The position numbers and the translations under genes are program-made. A stretch of DNA of 63,633 nucleotides, the filler included, from Circinaria calcarea (Eukaryota): the NCBI GenBank assembly GCA_051942165.1. It is 9 parts of 9 records of this genome, joined end to end, with 100 filler letters (N's around TTAATTAATTAA, not from the genome) between each part and the next. Parts side by side here need not be neighbours in the genome. Positions count along the whole stretch, not along the records: positions 1 to 6,989 come from JAVECS010001437.1; positions 7,090 to 14,074 come from JAVECS010001438.1; 7 more parts are not named here. One strand, 5' to 3'. The notes beneath the pieces are model-generated. The model had not been told where the DNA came from. It saw only the letters and a list, made by a program, of their open reading frames with translations, and ran no database searches. Positions 1-11,332 of this stretch are shown in pieces (within the stretch, counting starts at the first letter, position 1; the number at the start of each line of letters is the position of its first letter).

Positions 1-552
1 CACCGTGAAAAATATCCTGAGCGCGTCCCGTTCCGCCTTACCCGCATGTTGACCTTTGCCATGGAAGTCAGTAACATCGATGGGAGTTACAAACTCTCCT
101 GTGAAGCCGTCATGCGTGTTATTCGCGACAACAAGGAGTCCATTATGGCCGTCCTCGAAGCCTTTATCCACGATCCCTTACTCAACTGGCGTCTCGGTCA
201 GCGCGAATCTCCAATCGAGCCCGGCTTCCCATCCGAGCGTCGTCAATCTATCATGGGTGAGCTTGAATCCGGCCTGGTCAATGTCCGTAGTACCGGAGGC
301 GGGTCCTATCGCGCCAAGCGTACTTCCGCTGTCGAAGCAAACGACCTTGCCGATCACAACGGGGCCAATCGCGAGATCCAGAATGCTCGAGCCGTCCAAG
401 TGCTCGCGCGTGTTAAGGAAAAACTCACGGGAAGGGACTTTCGACCGGACAACGAGCTGGACGTGGAACAGCAGGTTGCCAAATTGATCGGGCAGGCGAC
501 GAGCGTGGAAAACCTCTGCCAGCACTACATTGGTTGGTGCAGTTTCTGGTAG
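1..552 (+). CDS. TOR: TOR (PIKK family) Ser/Thr kinase, C-terminal kinase end and FATC domain (5' truncated)
   Basis: Frame 1 from base 1 reads [17 protein letters not shown]...[16 protein letters not shown]...KLTGRDF...[14 protein letters not shown], the TOR kinase C-lobe and FATC signature. Confidence 0.97.
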   Translation, partial: HREKYPERVPFRLTRMLTFAMEVSNIDGSYKLSCEAVMRVIRDNKESIMAVLEAFIHDPLLNWRLGQRESPIEPGFPSERRQSIMGELESGLVNVRSTGGGSYRAKRTSAVEANDLADHNGANREIQNARAVQVLARVKEKLTGRDFRPDNELDVEQQVAKLIGQATSVENLCQHYIGWCSFW

Positions 553-770
553 AGCCCGGGTCCATTACTTCTTAACGAATTTCCTTTGCGGTCTTTTGGC
601 ATACCGGATGAGCCTGCAGTAGTTCATGACGGGGCGTCGCGGGTTGAACGGAGGATGGTTATGGCTATGGTTATGAGAAGGATCCGGTGATATGATACCC
701 CCCCATTTGCAAACGGGCCATGATGTGTGGTTTTCCTTCCAGCAGGCGGGCGGGCGGGGTGGAAGCCATG

Positions 771-966
771 TCCAGAATCCAGAATCCAGAATTTCAAATA
801 GTAAATTCAAATTTGTAGATTGGAGTCTTGAGTCTTGAGTCCCCTCAATCGAAGTCCGTCAAGTGATTCTGATGGAAAATTCCATTTTTTCATTCTTCCA
901 TTCTTCCATTCATTCTATGCTTTTTAAGTGTGTGTGTGAATTTTAAGAATTTTTAAGGATTTTTAA
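771..966. repeat. Cluster of short imperfect tandem repeats in the convergent TOR/permease intergenic region
   Basis: (TCCAGAA)x3 at 771-791, GAGTCTT repeats near 822-841, CATTCTTC repeats near 891-911, GAATTTTTAA-like unit x3 at 938-966. Confidence 0.7.
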
Positions 967-1255
967 GATCCATGACGGGTCGGATGTTTGTTTGTTTGGA
1001 TACTCGATTTTCGCCCTTTTGCCTTTTCCCCATTTACCTTTTTCATAATACGGGGAGAGGGGAAGGAGAAGGAGAAAAGGGAAGGCAAAGAAGTGAAGCC
1101 AAGCCAGAAAACGAGCTGGTTTTTGGACAAAAGATTCAGGACAAGTTCCAACGTTGTAGTCTTTTACCTATGTACAAAAACTCGTAGATTCCCCCAAATA
1201 AGGATACTTGCAACCTCCACCGTCCACCTTCCCCTCTCCCCTCTCCCCTCCTCAC

Positions 1256-3142
1256 CTACGCGATCCAAAACCATATCCTCTCGAGAAAATTCCTCGGCAC
1301 CGGGGCCACGTCCCGCTCCTCCAACGCATCCGCCTCCTCCTTCCCCGTCAAAATGTCAATCTGGTGGATCTTGTAGCACCACGGTGTCCGGAACCAGATC
1401 TTGTGTCCGAGGTAGAGGACGAGGAAAATGGGAATGGTAATGTAGGCGGCGAGGAACGAGGCGGCGGAGAATTTGCCGGGGAAGAAGACGCCGAAGCCAT
1501 TGGTGAGGGTGAGGAGGATGAGGATGATGAGGGCGAAGTAGGTGGTGTAGGGTTGGAGGCGTGTTCGGTAAGGTCGGAGGGCGAAGGCGTTGTGGTAGAT
1601 GAGGGCTTTGCGGAAGCGCTGAAGCGGAACAAAGGTTAGCGGGTTGGGAAAAAGAAAAAGAGAGGGAAGAGAGATGCTTACAATGTAGGTTACCATTAGA
1701 CAGATCCAGGCGATAAACCCCGATATGGTAGTAATGTTCAAGAACCACGTAAAGACGGTTGCGGATCCAGAAGAAACGGACAGGTAGACAAGGCATGCTA
1801 GGGCAGCCGAGAAGAGGACAGCCACGTATGGGACACCCTGTTTATTGCAAGTTCTGAAGATTTTGGGGGCTTGCCCCGTAATTGCCAGAGAATACAGACT
1901 TCGGCTCCCGGCGAAGAGGAAAGAGTTGCCTGCAGAGGCAGCGGACGTCAAGATGACCGCATTAATAATGTGGTTCAGAACAGGGATTCCAGCTCTCTGA
2001 ATGCCAAGCACGAAAGGACTGGCACCAGCGGTTGTATCACCTTCACTTACGGCTTGAAGCAATTGAGGATCGTTCGCGGAGACGATAACAGAGATGACTA
2101 GGGATCCCAGAACATAGAAGACTATCAATCGGTAGACGAATCGTTTTCCAGCCTTGGGAATATTTCTCCGAGGAGCTTCACTCTCACCAGCAGAGATGGT
2201 GATTAGTTCAGGAGAGAGAATGAAAGCGAAGCCACTTCTAACAAGAGCGGTCCAGAACGCGAGAAACCTGCCAGTGTTGCCGCCGGTTCCGTATGTTTTG
2301 AACGCGCCACCGTTTTTCCAGTACCGGAATCCCAGACGATCATGGTTTGGACCTCTGTCAAGTGTCAGAGGACCTCTCAGATAGACAACAAACAAGAATG
2401 GACCGAAGCAGAGCCCGCGATGAAAGTTTACAGCAGAGCTCAACGTACCCTCCAAAGAACAGAACGATCCCAAGAACAATCAGCCCGAGGATAGCGATAA
2501 TCTTGATGCTCGCAAACCAAAACTCGCTCTCTCCATAGATGGACACCACGAAGATGTTCAAGATGATTAGCAAGGCTAGAATAATTGTGATCCAAACAGC
2601 GACATGTACAGATGTAGTCCAGTATTGGATTACGACGCTCGCCGCAGATATCTCGGCGGCTATGAGCATGGAATACGTATACCTAGTACATAGTCAGTAT
2701 ACCAGAGCCTCCGAGTCGAGACCTCATCCTACCAGTAGTTCCATCCTGCCGCAAATGCCAGACTCGGCTCGAAGAACCTGAAGATGTAGAAAGGCACGGA
2801 GGCGCCCTGAACTGGAAGGTAGGTGGTCATCTCGGCCAAACTGTTCATGACCGCCCATAGGATCATACTCATGACCACGAATGCCATGAACAGGTTGGCG
2901 CCACCAGCCAAGCTCAATGTGGCCCCGGTGCCGACAAAGAGACCGGTACCAATCGCGCCGCCTATAGCTATAAGCTGTATGTGCCGAGACTTCAATCCTC
3001 GCTGTGTACTGCCGTACTGGTCGCCAGCGACGGGGCTTGCCGGGAGAGCTTCGACATCATCAATTCGTTTTTCCCCGTCATAGGACTGCCTTTGCGATAC
3101 GACCATCTCCCCCGAGGAGGACTTGTCGGCCTTGGAGAACAT
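1256..3142 (-). CDS. PUT4: APC/YAT family amino-acid permease, proline permease (Put4/PrnB)-like; 3 introns
   Basis: Spliced ORFs give RGLKSRHIQLIAIGGAIGTGLFVG, GESEFWFASIKI, GPNHDRLGFRYW, FILSPELITISAGESEAPRRNIPKA, ASPFVLGIQRAGI; the FILxPEL motif fits the Put4 clade. Substrate is inferred. Confidence 0.85.
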
Positions 3143-3312
3143 TCAGGAGAGAGATGCTCGAAATCGGCAGACGGAGTATGGGCCTCGAAAGCAAGACGGA
3201 GAGAAGAGGTAAGAAGGGTCGAGCGAGCAGAGGCATAAGGTAGTATCAAAAGCATACTTATGGATGCACGGGAAGACTGCAGACGTCGCTGGCCCCCCCA
3301 ATGAAAGGGCTT

Positions 3313-3683
3313 TGATAGCGGATCTGATCTGCATTGCTTTTCCAGATGGTGGGGCACTGGAAGTAAGGCTGCGGAGAAATCGGAAGCCAGGCACCGATGC
3401 TAACCGGGACGAGTAATTGCACACGCCCTTGCAGCTGATCCGAGAGCATGGCATTACGTGATCGAGGTGGACGGCTCTCCAATGATTCTCGGAAAAGAAA
3501 TGTCATGGTCTTTGAGGGGCTGGATTGGATGGAAGAGTTCAAGAAGACACCTTCCGAAGATTCCCCGTTGCTGCTTTTGATAGGAAATCCAGATGGGGCG
3601 GAGAAGTCCGGCCGGCCATTATCAGATTGCAGCACGGGGCGTTTCGCACTAGCCTCGTTCTAGAACCACAGGGATGAAGATAA
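3313..3683. promoter_or_regulatory. Putative bidirectional nitrogen-regulated promoter (GATA sites and Zn2Cys6-type CGG sites)
   Basis: HGATAR at 3313-3318, 3578-3583, 3619-3624 (reverse) and 3678-3683; CGG-N6-CCG (3599-3610) nested in CGG-N10-CCG (3599-3614); lies between divergent ATGs at 3142 and 3937. Confidence 0.35.
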
Positions 3684-3936
3684 GATCTGCAATGTCTGCG
3701 TCGGAAAATCTCATGTGCGCTTTCGGACCCGTCCCCGTCTGAATGACAGTACATGTTCTGGAAATCCCATCAGGGCGTGCAAGCACATTTCCAAATTCCC
3801 CCGATTTGTAATGATGTCAGGAGGTGGGAAGTGGGAACGGCCGCCAGTGCCGCCGAATTAGCAGCCATGCGAGCCTTCTGCCTGTCCTAGATTGTCCGCT
3901 GCTCACCGCCCCACTCTCACCTTCAATCCTTTCAGC

Positions 3937-4978
3937 ATGGAGGCCAAGTACCCTAGCCCGCCTCATACGCCGGCTCCAGCTTATCACGCTACCTCTACTG
4001 ATTCTCCCCTCCACACCAATCGCGCTCTGTACTCCGCCATCACCTCAGCCCCGAAAGAGCTTGTTTCCACCTTCGTCCTCCCGATTCGCTCCGGGCGTGC
4101 TTGGACTGTTCCGGCGGGTTATATCTGCCGTATCACCACCCCCGAAGGTCCTCAAGTGGGTGAGTAAATGTTCCTCGAATCCACTGAGAATTGCCGAATT
4201 GACGTTCTGGTCAGGTGACCTCAACATCTGGAATGTCCATAACCCGCGGGAACGATTCTGGGCGAGCCGGACTCGGCAGCTGCAGAGAAGTCATGTCACG
4301 GTCTTCGACAGACTGTGGAGCTGCCTGCCGTATTTGAGGCCGATGGTAACAATAACGGGGGATAGCCTGAGTCATTACGGGGTTGACGAAGTCGGAGGGA
4401 GATGCCATGATCTGCTGGGAACAAGGTGTGATCCTTACGGTTAGTGCTAGTCATATAGTGGTAAAGCTCCAATGCTGACGAGGGCCGATAACAGTCAATA
4501 AGATGCTGACGGGCGATGACTTTGATTATCACTGCCATTCGAACCTGACTCGCGCGGTCATGCCGTATGGACTGGCTGAATCCGATATCCATGATGTTTT
4601 GAATGTGTTTCAAGTCACGGGGCTGAACCGAAACGGGCAATATTTCATGTAGGTTCAAGTCTCCCACATTCAAAATCCTAGACAGGTAATCTGACATTAC
4701 CATTTAGGGAGTCTTCTCCAGCGAGGCCTGGAGATTACTTTGAATTCTTCGCTGAAATTGACGTTCTCTGTGCTCTCTCGACATGTCCTGGCGGAGACCT
4801 TTCGGCATGGGGTTGGGGCGAAGGAAAGGAAGGCGTGGATATGATTGATTGTTGCAAACCTCTAGGGGTTGAGGTATACAAGATCACGGATCATAATGTC
4901 CTCAGGGACTGGCGACCGCCGGTATCACCGCAGTATCGAGGGATGCATGGTGTGCAACTCCCGACCTTTCGGAAGTAG
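3937..4978 (+). CDS. DUF1989 / urea-carboxylase-associated family protein; 3 introns
   Basis: Manually spliced: ...LPIRSGRAWTVPAGYICRITTPEGPQVG|DLNIWN...RERFWASRTRQLQ...GGRCHDLLGTRCDPY|VNKMLTGDDFDYHCHSNLTRAV...DIHDVLNVFQVTGL...FM|ESSPARPGDYFEFFAEIDVLCALSTCPGGDLS...PTFRK*. Confidence 0.9.
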
Positions 4979-5312
4979 TTTAAGAGGCTGGCTCAGGTGA
5001 GCAGTTGCGCGTGTGTGAATGCTGAAGCGTTTCTTGCAATATTCTAGCCCATGTACAATCCTAGGTATACCACTTTCGCTATAACAAACTTGAATCTACG
5101 AAAATTTACTGGAGATTTGAGGGCCGATGGCAAAAGAACAGTGGTGCGGCTGTCATGTGATAACCAACGGCTATTTTGAAATTATGGTTCGAGAATTCAC
5201 TTGGATAGATTCCCGTTAAAGTAAGGAGGGATAGGAAGCCCTAATGCACACATGCTCATTGCTTAGCAATCAACACCGCTAAGTCCGAGGGCCCTTATCA
5301 CCGGCTGAAATG

Positions 5313-5350
5313 TGACGTCAGTCATGATGGAGATTTTCCAGCTTTATAAA
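5313..5350 (+). promoter_or_regulatory. Perfect CRE/ATF site plus TATA-like box upstream of the reductase
   Basis: TGACGTCA at 5313-5320; TTTATAAA near 5344-5350; ATG at 5482. Confidence 0.45.
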
Positions 5351-5481
5351 TTGAGGAGACCCTTCGAGCTCAGTAAATTTTCGTGTCTGTGTGTCTCACT
5401 TTCAGATTTTCTCACTTTAGATAATTCTCATATACTCCGACATATTTATTGCTCATCATTCAACTGGCTGGCTTCCCTACT

Positions 5482-6673
5482 ATGACTCGAATTCTCCTTA
5501 CTGGCGGAAGCGGTTTCATTGCCGCACATTGCCTGGATGTTCTGCTAGAGCACGGACATTCAGTGGTGGCGACAGTCAGGTCTCAAGAGAAAGCGCAGAA
5601 GATCAAGGAAGCTCATCCCGATTATTCTACAGATAAGCTCGACTTTGCTATAGTCGAGGATATTGCACAACCAGATGGTATGGTCCTTCCAGTTGACTAC
5701 AGGAACTTGTGCTGACAATGGAGGAAACAGCTTTTGACGAGGCTGTGAAATCCAACCCTCCTTTCGAAGCAGTGATTCATACCGCTTCGCCTTTCCACTT
5801 TAATGTAACAGACACCAAGAAAGATCTCCTTGATCCGGGTACGCTGGACCCTGGCCGTCTTTCACGCTTGTGAAAATGGTGGCTAATCGCCATCCTTAGC
5901 AATCATAGGAACCACTGGAATCCTCAAAGCCATCAAGAAGAGCGCTCCCTCGGTGAAGCGGGTGGTAATCACCAGCAGTTTCGCAGCCATAGTAGACGGT
6001 AGTAAGGGAAATCGTCCTGGATACGTTTATTCAGAAGCCGATTGGAACCCAATAACCGACGAAGAAGCCGTTCAAACCCCTATAAACGGATATAGGGCTA
6101 GTAAGACTTTTGCCGAGAAAGCGGCATGGGACTTTATCGAAAAAGAAAAACCCAATTTCACCCTCGCGACAGTAAGCTCCACTCAGACCTTCCGAATCAA
6201 AGCAGTGCTGATAACCGTGGCAGTGCAATCCTCCCCTCGTACTCGGCCCTATAGTTCATTACCTGAACTCTCTGGATGCACTGAATACCTCCAATCAAAG
6301 GATAAGAGATATCATGACCGGTAAACAAAAGGACGGCCTTTCACCTACAGGAACTTTCCTTTGGGTGGACGTCAGAGACGTGGCCTTGGCCCATGTCAGA
6401 GCTGCCGAGTTACCTGAAGCCGCCAACAAGCGCTTCTTTGTCACGGCTGGATATTTCAGCAACAAAGAGATTGCAAATATAATCCGCGAGGCTTACCCGG
6501 AACTGGCATTCAAAATTCCTGAAGGAGATGCACAAAAGGGCGGAGACTATCCAGCAGAGGGTGTTTACAAATACGATAACAGCCGGACCGTTGATATATT
6601 AGGTATCAAGTTCACCAGTCTGAAAGATAGCATTGTGGATACTGTAAAGAGCTTACAGGCCGTGGGGGCATGA
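5482..6673 (+). CDS. NAD(P)H-dependent aldehyde/methylglyoxal reductase (GRE2/ARI1-like, extended SDR); 3 introns
   Basis: MTRILLTGGSGFIAAH (Rossmann motif), VIHTASPF, KRVVITSSFAA, catalytic YRASK, WVDVRDVALAH. Confidence 0.92.
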
Positions 6674-6989
6674 AGTCGGTTTTTAGAATATAGAGGGTGA
6701 TGGTTATCTAGACGGTAATGAGGACAGAGAGCTTGTAAAGGATAGACTCTAAGACATCCGGTGCAACGGCTGAAAGGTTGCATATTGTTAGTAGACTAGT
6801 GAGTCAGCCGAAGGATTCCTTTTCTTCAAGAATCCACCATCATCGGTGATTCTCATGATAAGGAGAGTGCACCAACTTAAAGGGTCCCCCCGCATATATG
6901 ATAGAAATAAGCTTTTGCTGACCGAGGGGCGCTCCGCCGACCGCCCCGGTCCGGGGGCGATTACCAGATATCCCTGAGCTATGCCGCAT

Positions 6990-7089
6990 NNNNNNNNNNN
7001 NNNNNNNNNNNNNNNNNNNNNNNNNNNNNNNNNTTAATTAATTAANNNNNNNNNNNNNNNNNNNNNNNNNNNNNNNNNNNNNNNNNNNN
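6990..7089. other. Artificial contig linker
   Basis: 44 N + TTAATTAATTAA (stops in all six frames) + 44 N. Confidence 0.99.
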
Positions 7090-7978
7090 AGAAGAAGTGG
7101 TTCGTCCAGCAGCAGCCATCTCTCGTACTGCTCGTACTGCAGCCCGAAAACCGGTCAAGTACGCTGCGCTGGAATCCGACTCTGAGGATGGCGATGATAT
7201 ACTTTTCGATGTGGGAAAGATGGTAAAAGGCATTGGTGTGAATGGGGCTTCGGCTGATCCGTCAGCTTCTCGGCCCTTGTTCTCCGCAACAGCTAGTGTG
7301 TCTAGACCTGGCAGTAGTGCAGGGCTGGTAGGTAGGAAACCGGCTTCGAAGTCGAATAACCTTATTGACGAGGAGGACGACGAGACGGATTACACTCGCT
7401 TGGCGCCTGCGAATGCTAAGACGGCAAAGAGTACGGTACTGTCGGATGATGAGGATGATTCGTTTGATCTTATTGGTACTACGAAACCTGCTTCTGTGCC
7501 TGTAGCTCCGGTCCCGAAACCGAAAGCCAGTGCCAAGCCAGCTGCGGCTAAACCTGCTGTCGCGAAGAAAGCAGCAGCTCCGGTAGCAAAACCTACACCG
7601 AAAGAACCAGCCAAGAAAGCGACTGCCCTCTCGCCAGCTGCGAAAGCCTACGCCGCGAAACAGGCTCGTGATACCACGGGAAAGTTGTCAAAGTCTTCAG
7701 ATGTTGTTGACATTTACAGCGGCGACGATGTTGAAAATTTCAACAACGGAGATGAAGTGGGTAAGATGGTCGATGACATGCTGAGTGAAGACGACGAGGA
7801 TGAGATCGTGGCGGTGGGGAAAAACGCTGCGGCTGGGAGACCGGCTCGACGGGCGGCGGCGCAGGCGGCGGTGAAGAGGAAGTGGGTGCTGGATGATGAG
7901 GATGAAGACGAGGAGAGTGGAGGGAGTGAGGATGATGGAGAGGAAGAGGCGAGTTTTGCGAGTGAGGGCAGTGAGTAG
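7090..7978 (+). CDS. TOP2: DNA topoisomerase II, disordered C-terminal tail (5' truncated)
   Basis: RTAARKPVKYAALESDSEDGDDILFDVGKMVKGIG...SRPLFS...SRPGSSAGL...DETDY...LSPAAKAYAAK...RPARRAAA plus an acidic end; resembles Pezizomycotina Top2 tails. No catalytic domain in the window. Confidence 0.7.
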
Positions 7979-9313
7979 GGTCACGATGAAGGTTGAAGGG
8001 AGGGAAGAGAGGGAGCCAAAGGGGGGGAGGTTGCTAAAGGATTGTTACCCTGTAACGCACTGCATGGCATTTTGGTTCGGTTTTTTCCCCTCGGGCCTCG
8101 GCTACTGACTATTTGTTGGTTACTGGATGCTGGATGCGTACGCGGGCGATTGGGAGTTTTCCAGAGGGGAGAAAAGGAGTTTTGACGGTTATGCGTCTTT
8201 TGCATCTTGGGCTGTTGCATCCTCTTGTGCTGTATGCTATCAAAGAGTGAAGTTGTAAAATGAACGGGGAGATTGGAAATGAAAATGAAAATGTAAATGA
8301 AAATTAAGAAATTATGGAAAAATGCAGCCGAGATTAGGGTAGAGAGAGAGCAAGAGTAAGAGGAGAGACGCGGAGATGGAGGGGACTGTTGCTCCAATGT
8401 ATTTTTTTTTTAAAAGAAATATCAAACCATTTTTTTGCATTATACTCGAAATCGTAGCAGCTGCATTTTTTTTGAAAGTGTTGCACGGTGTACAATGGGG
8501 AAAGCTTTTGTAGTAAATGAAGGATGAATTTCTACCCGTGGGGAAGAACCCCGGGATATCCTACGAATTACGCGCTAACTTCCCCGCTATCCCCATATGC
8601 GGTATGGTCATAACAGAAAGGGAATTTTTGGGGTCCAAGATTATTTTTAATTTGGAGTTTTCATTACCCTATCTATCTGAGCTACTCTGGGCTATTATGA
8701 GCTACTCCGTATACTTGGCTCTATCTATTTGATATTCCAGTCAATGAGGGTGGGAGGAAATTTTCAAATCCTCCTTTTTCTCGTTTCTCGTTTCCCTAAA
8801 TCTTTCTCGGATTTATTTTGCCACCCGCGTGTGGGAGGGCACTGGATCTTCAGTGCTATGCACGTTTGAGCCGTGAAATATATACTGATAAGTGCTATGA
8901 AATACTGCTATGAATTACTATGGGTATGCTGCTGCTGTGTGGTGTGTGTAATGTGTATTGCTATAATGGGGAAAGACTCTGGGGGATCGCTGAGATGTGG
9001 GGAGCGAAAAGCGCGCTTAATTAGCGCTGTTTCTTCGCTTTCTTCCCTGCATATTGCAATCATAACATGACCCTTTTTCGCTATTTCCGGCAAAATCGGG
9101 TTTGGCGAAGCCAGAATGCGCAAAGTGCAACTCACAGCCTTATCGATACTTCAATCGCGTCGGCGATCTGCGGGTTCTGAGCAAGGGTGAAAAGGCACAG
9201 TAGTCCGAGTAACTCTGCTTAACCTCAGCCTGTCCCACCATGAAAACCATCTCGAGTATTACTTGAGCTGAATGAATAAAAATTGACTTGTTATCAGGGC
9301 TATCTATTTCATT

Positions 9314-11332
9314 ATGGAGGAGATGCAATCTTTAGTCAGTCCACGACCATCAACTATTTTGATACCCCGGAAACCATTTCCAACGCCGAACCTCTCAAAT
9401 CACAAGCTTCTAATAGGCGGCCAGGAAGATGCTGCTGCCGTCTCAGAAAATAATAATTTAGGAAATTCTCGAAAAACAACGCGTCGCTGCACACAATCGA
9501 TAATCAACTTAATCTGGCTACCTGAAATCACGAGTTTTTTTCTCGCCGTTATCGCTTTCCTAGCTATTATCATACTTCTCGCTGTTCGAAAGGACAAGCC
9601 GCTGCCAAACTGGCCGTCTTTAATCGGTATCAATTCGCTCGTTGCTATTTTCAGCTCCGTTATGAGGGTCGCACTACTGTTTCCTATCGCAGAATGTATG
9701 AGTGAGTTGAAATGGATATGGTTCGCGAATCCCCATCCCGTAAGCGATTTTGACCGTTTCGACTCGGCAAGTAGAGGTCCTTGGGGAGCTTTGAAGCTCC
9801 TTTTCAAACGTCCCCTTAATATTTTAACATCTCTTGGAGCGTCTATTACGATCCTGACTCTTGCTATTGGTCCATTTGCTCAGCAGATTTTACAGTTCAG
9901 CAGCTGTTTGAAACCAATCGATGGCAGCTCAGCTATAGTAGCAAGAACCAACAGCTACACAGCGGGCACTCCCACGCTAGCAGCCGGTCAACCTCGTATA
10001 AATAGGAAAATGACCACCGCACTCTACCAAGGTCTTCTAGCCCCGCCATTAAATGCGACTGCTCTTATATCGACTTACTGCCAATCAGGAAATTGCACCT
10101 TTCCGCATTCGAATAATACCGCATATACCTCACTGACAATCTGTTCCTCGATCGAGGACATTTCTCATCTGATCTCTGGGCATGGCAATATTGGAGACTC
10201 CAGTTACGAAACGTGGAACTACAGGCTACCTTCAGGTCTTCAACTCCTGGGGAATAGTGCGTTGACCACTGCAGCAATCGGTTTGCGGGGGGAAGATCAA
10301 GATAAGTCATTACTTACGCTTGAAGCGTTGATGATCACGATGAATTGCAGCGCGGCAAGGCCTGAATCTAAAGATGAATGTATCTTCAAGCCCTGGGCTA
10401 TTCGCGCTTCTCTATCTCCATGCATCCACACGTATGGTAATGTTCGCATCTCCAACTCGATTTTCGAAGAACATATACTATCAACAATGATGCTTCCTTA
10501 TGTTCCTGATATCCAATACTATTCTCTGGCCGGTGACTACCCTTCTTTTCCGGATATAAACTGTTCCCCATCTGAAAGCCTTCAAGAAAACAAGACTCAA
10601 CCCACCAGCCTTCTTGCCAGCGGGCTACGCTATGCCAATCTCTCCGGTATCGCCCTGAATAGCTCTGATATATTGTGGTATCATCCATCCTGCACCTATG
10701 ACTTTGGCTACGGCCCGACCACTGGACTTGTTGAATCTTTTACAAAGGTGTTCTTTGGCACTTTGAAACAGCCGAAAAATGTGACCATACCGCGGGGACT
10801 CCCTGGCGACATCATCGGAGATTCTTGGATGCTGAGCCTTTACGCAGATGGGCAGGCCAATCTCACAAGCGCAGCCGTATACATGGAGGGTCTCGCCAAC
10901 TCCATAACTGCGGCTATACGCGAAGGCGGGGACCCTTCGAACAGCGCACCCTTCCGAGGGACAGCGCTCGGCAGTCAGACATGCCTCGGGGTCGAATGGG
11001 CATGGCTTGCCTTACCAGCAGTGCTGCTTTTTCTGACGCTAGTCTTCCTCATGACGACCGTGGTTAAGTCGCGCAGGTATACCAGAACGGGAGCTGCGGA
11101 GGGTGGGAGGAAGCCGTGGAAATCATCATTGCTGCCGCTTCTGTGGTCTGGGTTGCGGGATGAGACAAGGGCACGGTATGAACGTTTTGATGAGGTGGAG
11201 AAGATGAAGGAGTCTGGTGATGGAATGAAGGTTAGTTTGAGGAAGGAAAGGTGGAGTGAATACGGGGAGCCGGGAGAAGACGACTCTAAGCAGGCCAGAT
11301 GGGCTCTGAGGGCAGAATCAGGCGTGCCCTGA
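9314..11332 (+). CDS. DUF3176 family membrane protein, intronless
   Basis: WLPEI + TM, PLPNWPSLIGINSLVAIFS, ECMSELKWIWF, DFDRFDSASRGPWGAL, IGPFAQQ, CQSGNCTF, C-terminal VEWAWLALP TM and PWKSSLLPLL. Confidence 0.88.
   Translation: MEEMQSLVSPRPSTILIPRKPFPTPNLSNHKLLIGGQEDAAAVSENNNLGNSRKTTRRCTQSIINLIWLPEITSFFLAVIAFLAIIILLAVRKDKPLPNWPSLIGINSLVAIFSSVMRVALLFPIAECMSELKWIWFANPHPVSDFDRFDSASRGPWGALKLLFKRPLNILTSLGASITILTLAIGPFAQQILQFSSCLKPIDGSSAIVARTNSYTAGTPTLAAGQPRINRKMTTALYQGLLAPPLNATALISTYCQSGNCTFPHSNNTAYTSLTICSSIEDISHLISGHGNIGDSSYETWNYRLPSGLQLLGNSALTTAAIGLRGEDQDKSLLTLEALMITMNCSAARPESKDECIFKPWAIRASLSPCIHTYGNVRISNSIFEEHILSTMMLPYVPDIQYYSLAGDYPSFPDINCSPSESLQENKTQPTSLLASGLRYANLSGIALNSSDILWYHPSCTYDFGYGPTTGLVESFTKVFFGTLKQPKNVTIPRGLPGDIIGDSWMLSLYADGQANLTSAAVYMEGLANSITAAIREGGDPSNSAPFRGTALGSQTCLGVEWAWLALPAVLLFLTLVFLMTTVVKSRRYTRTGAAEGGRKPWKSSLLPLLWSGLRDETRARYERFDEVEKMKESGDGMKVSLRKERWSEYGEPGEDDSKQARWALRAESGVP

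Noticed and set aside
7034..7045. TTAATTAATTAA recurring about every 7.08 kb as a biological periodic repeat, CRISPR-like array or piggyBac TTAA site
   Set aside because: Always centred in 44+44 Ns; a synthetic six-frame-stop linker. The periodicity reflects length-sorted contigs
8617..8635. AATTTTTGG Sm-site-like motif suggesting a U snRNA
   Set aside because: No U1/U2/U4/U5 conserved core recognisable upstream; the region is rich in A/T runs
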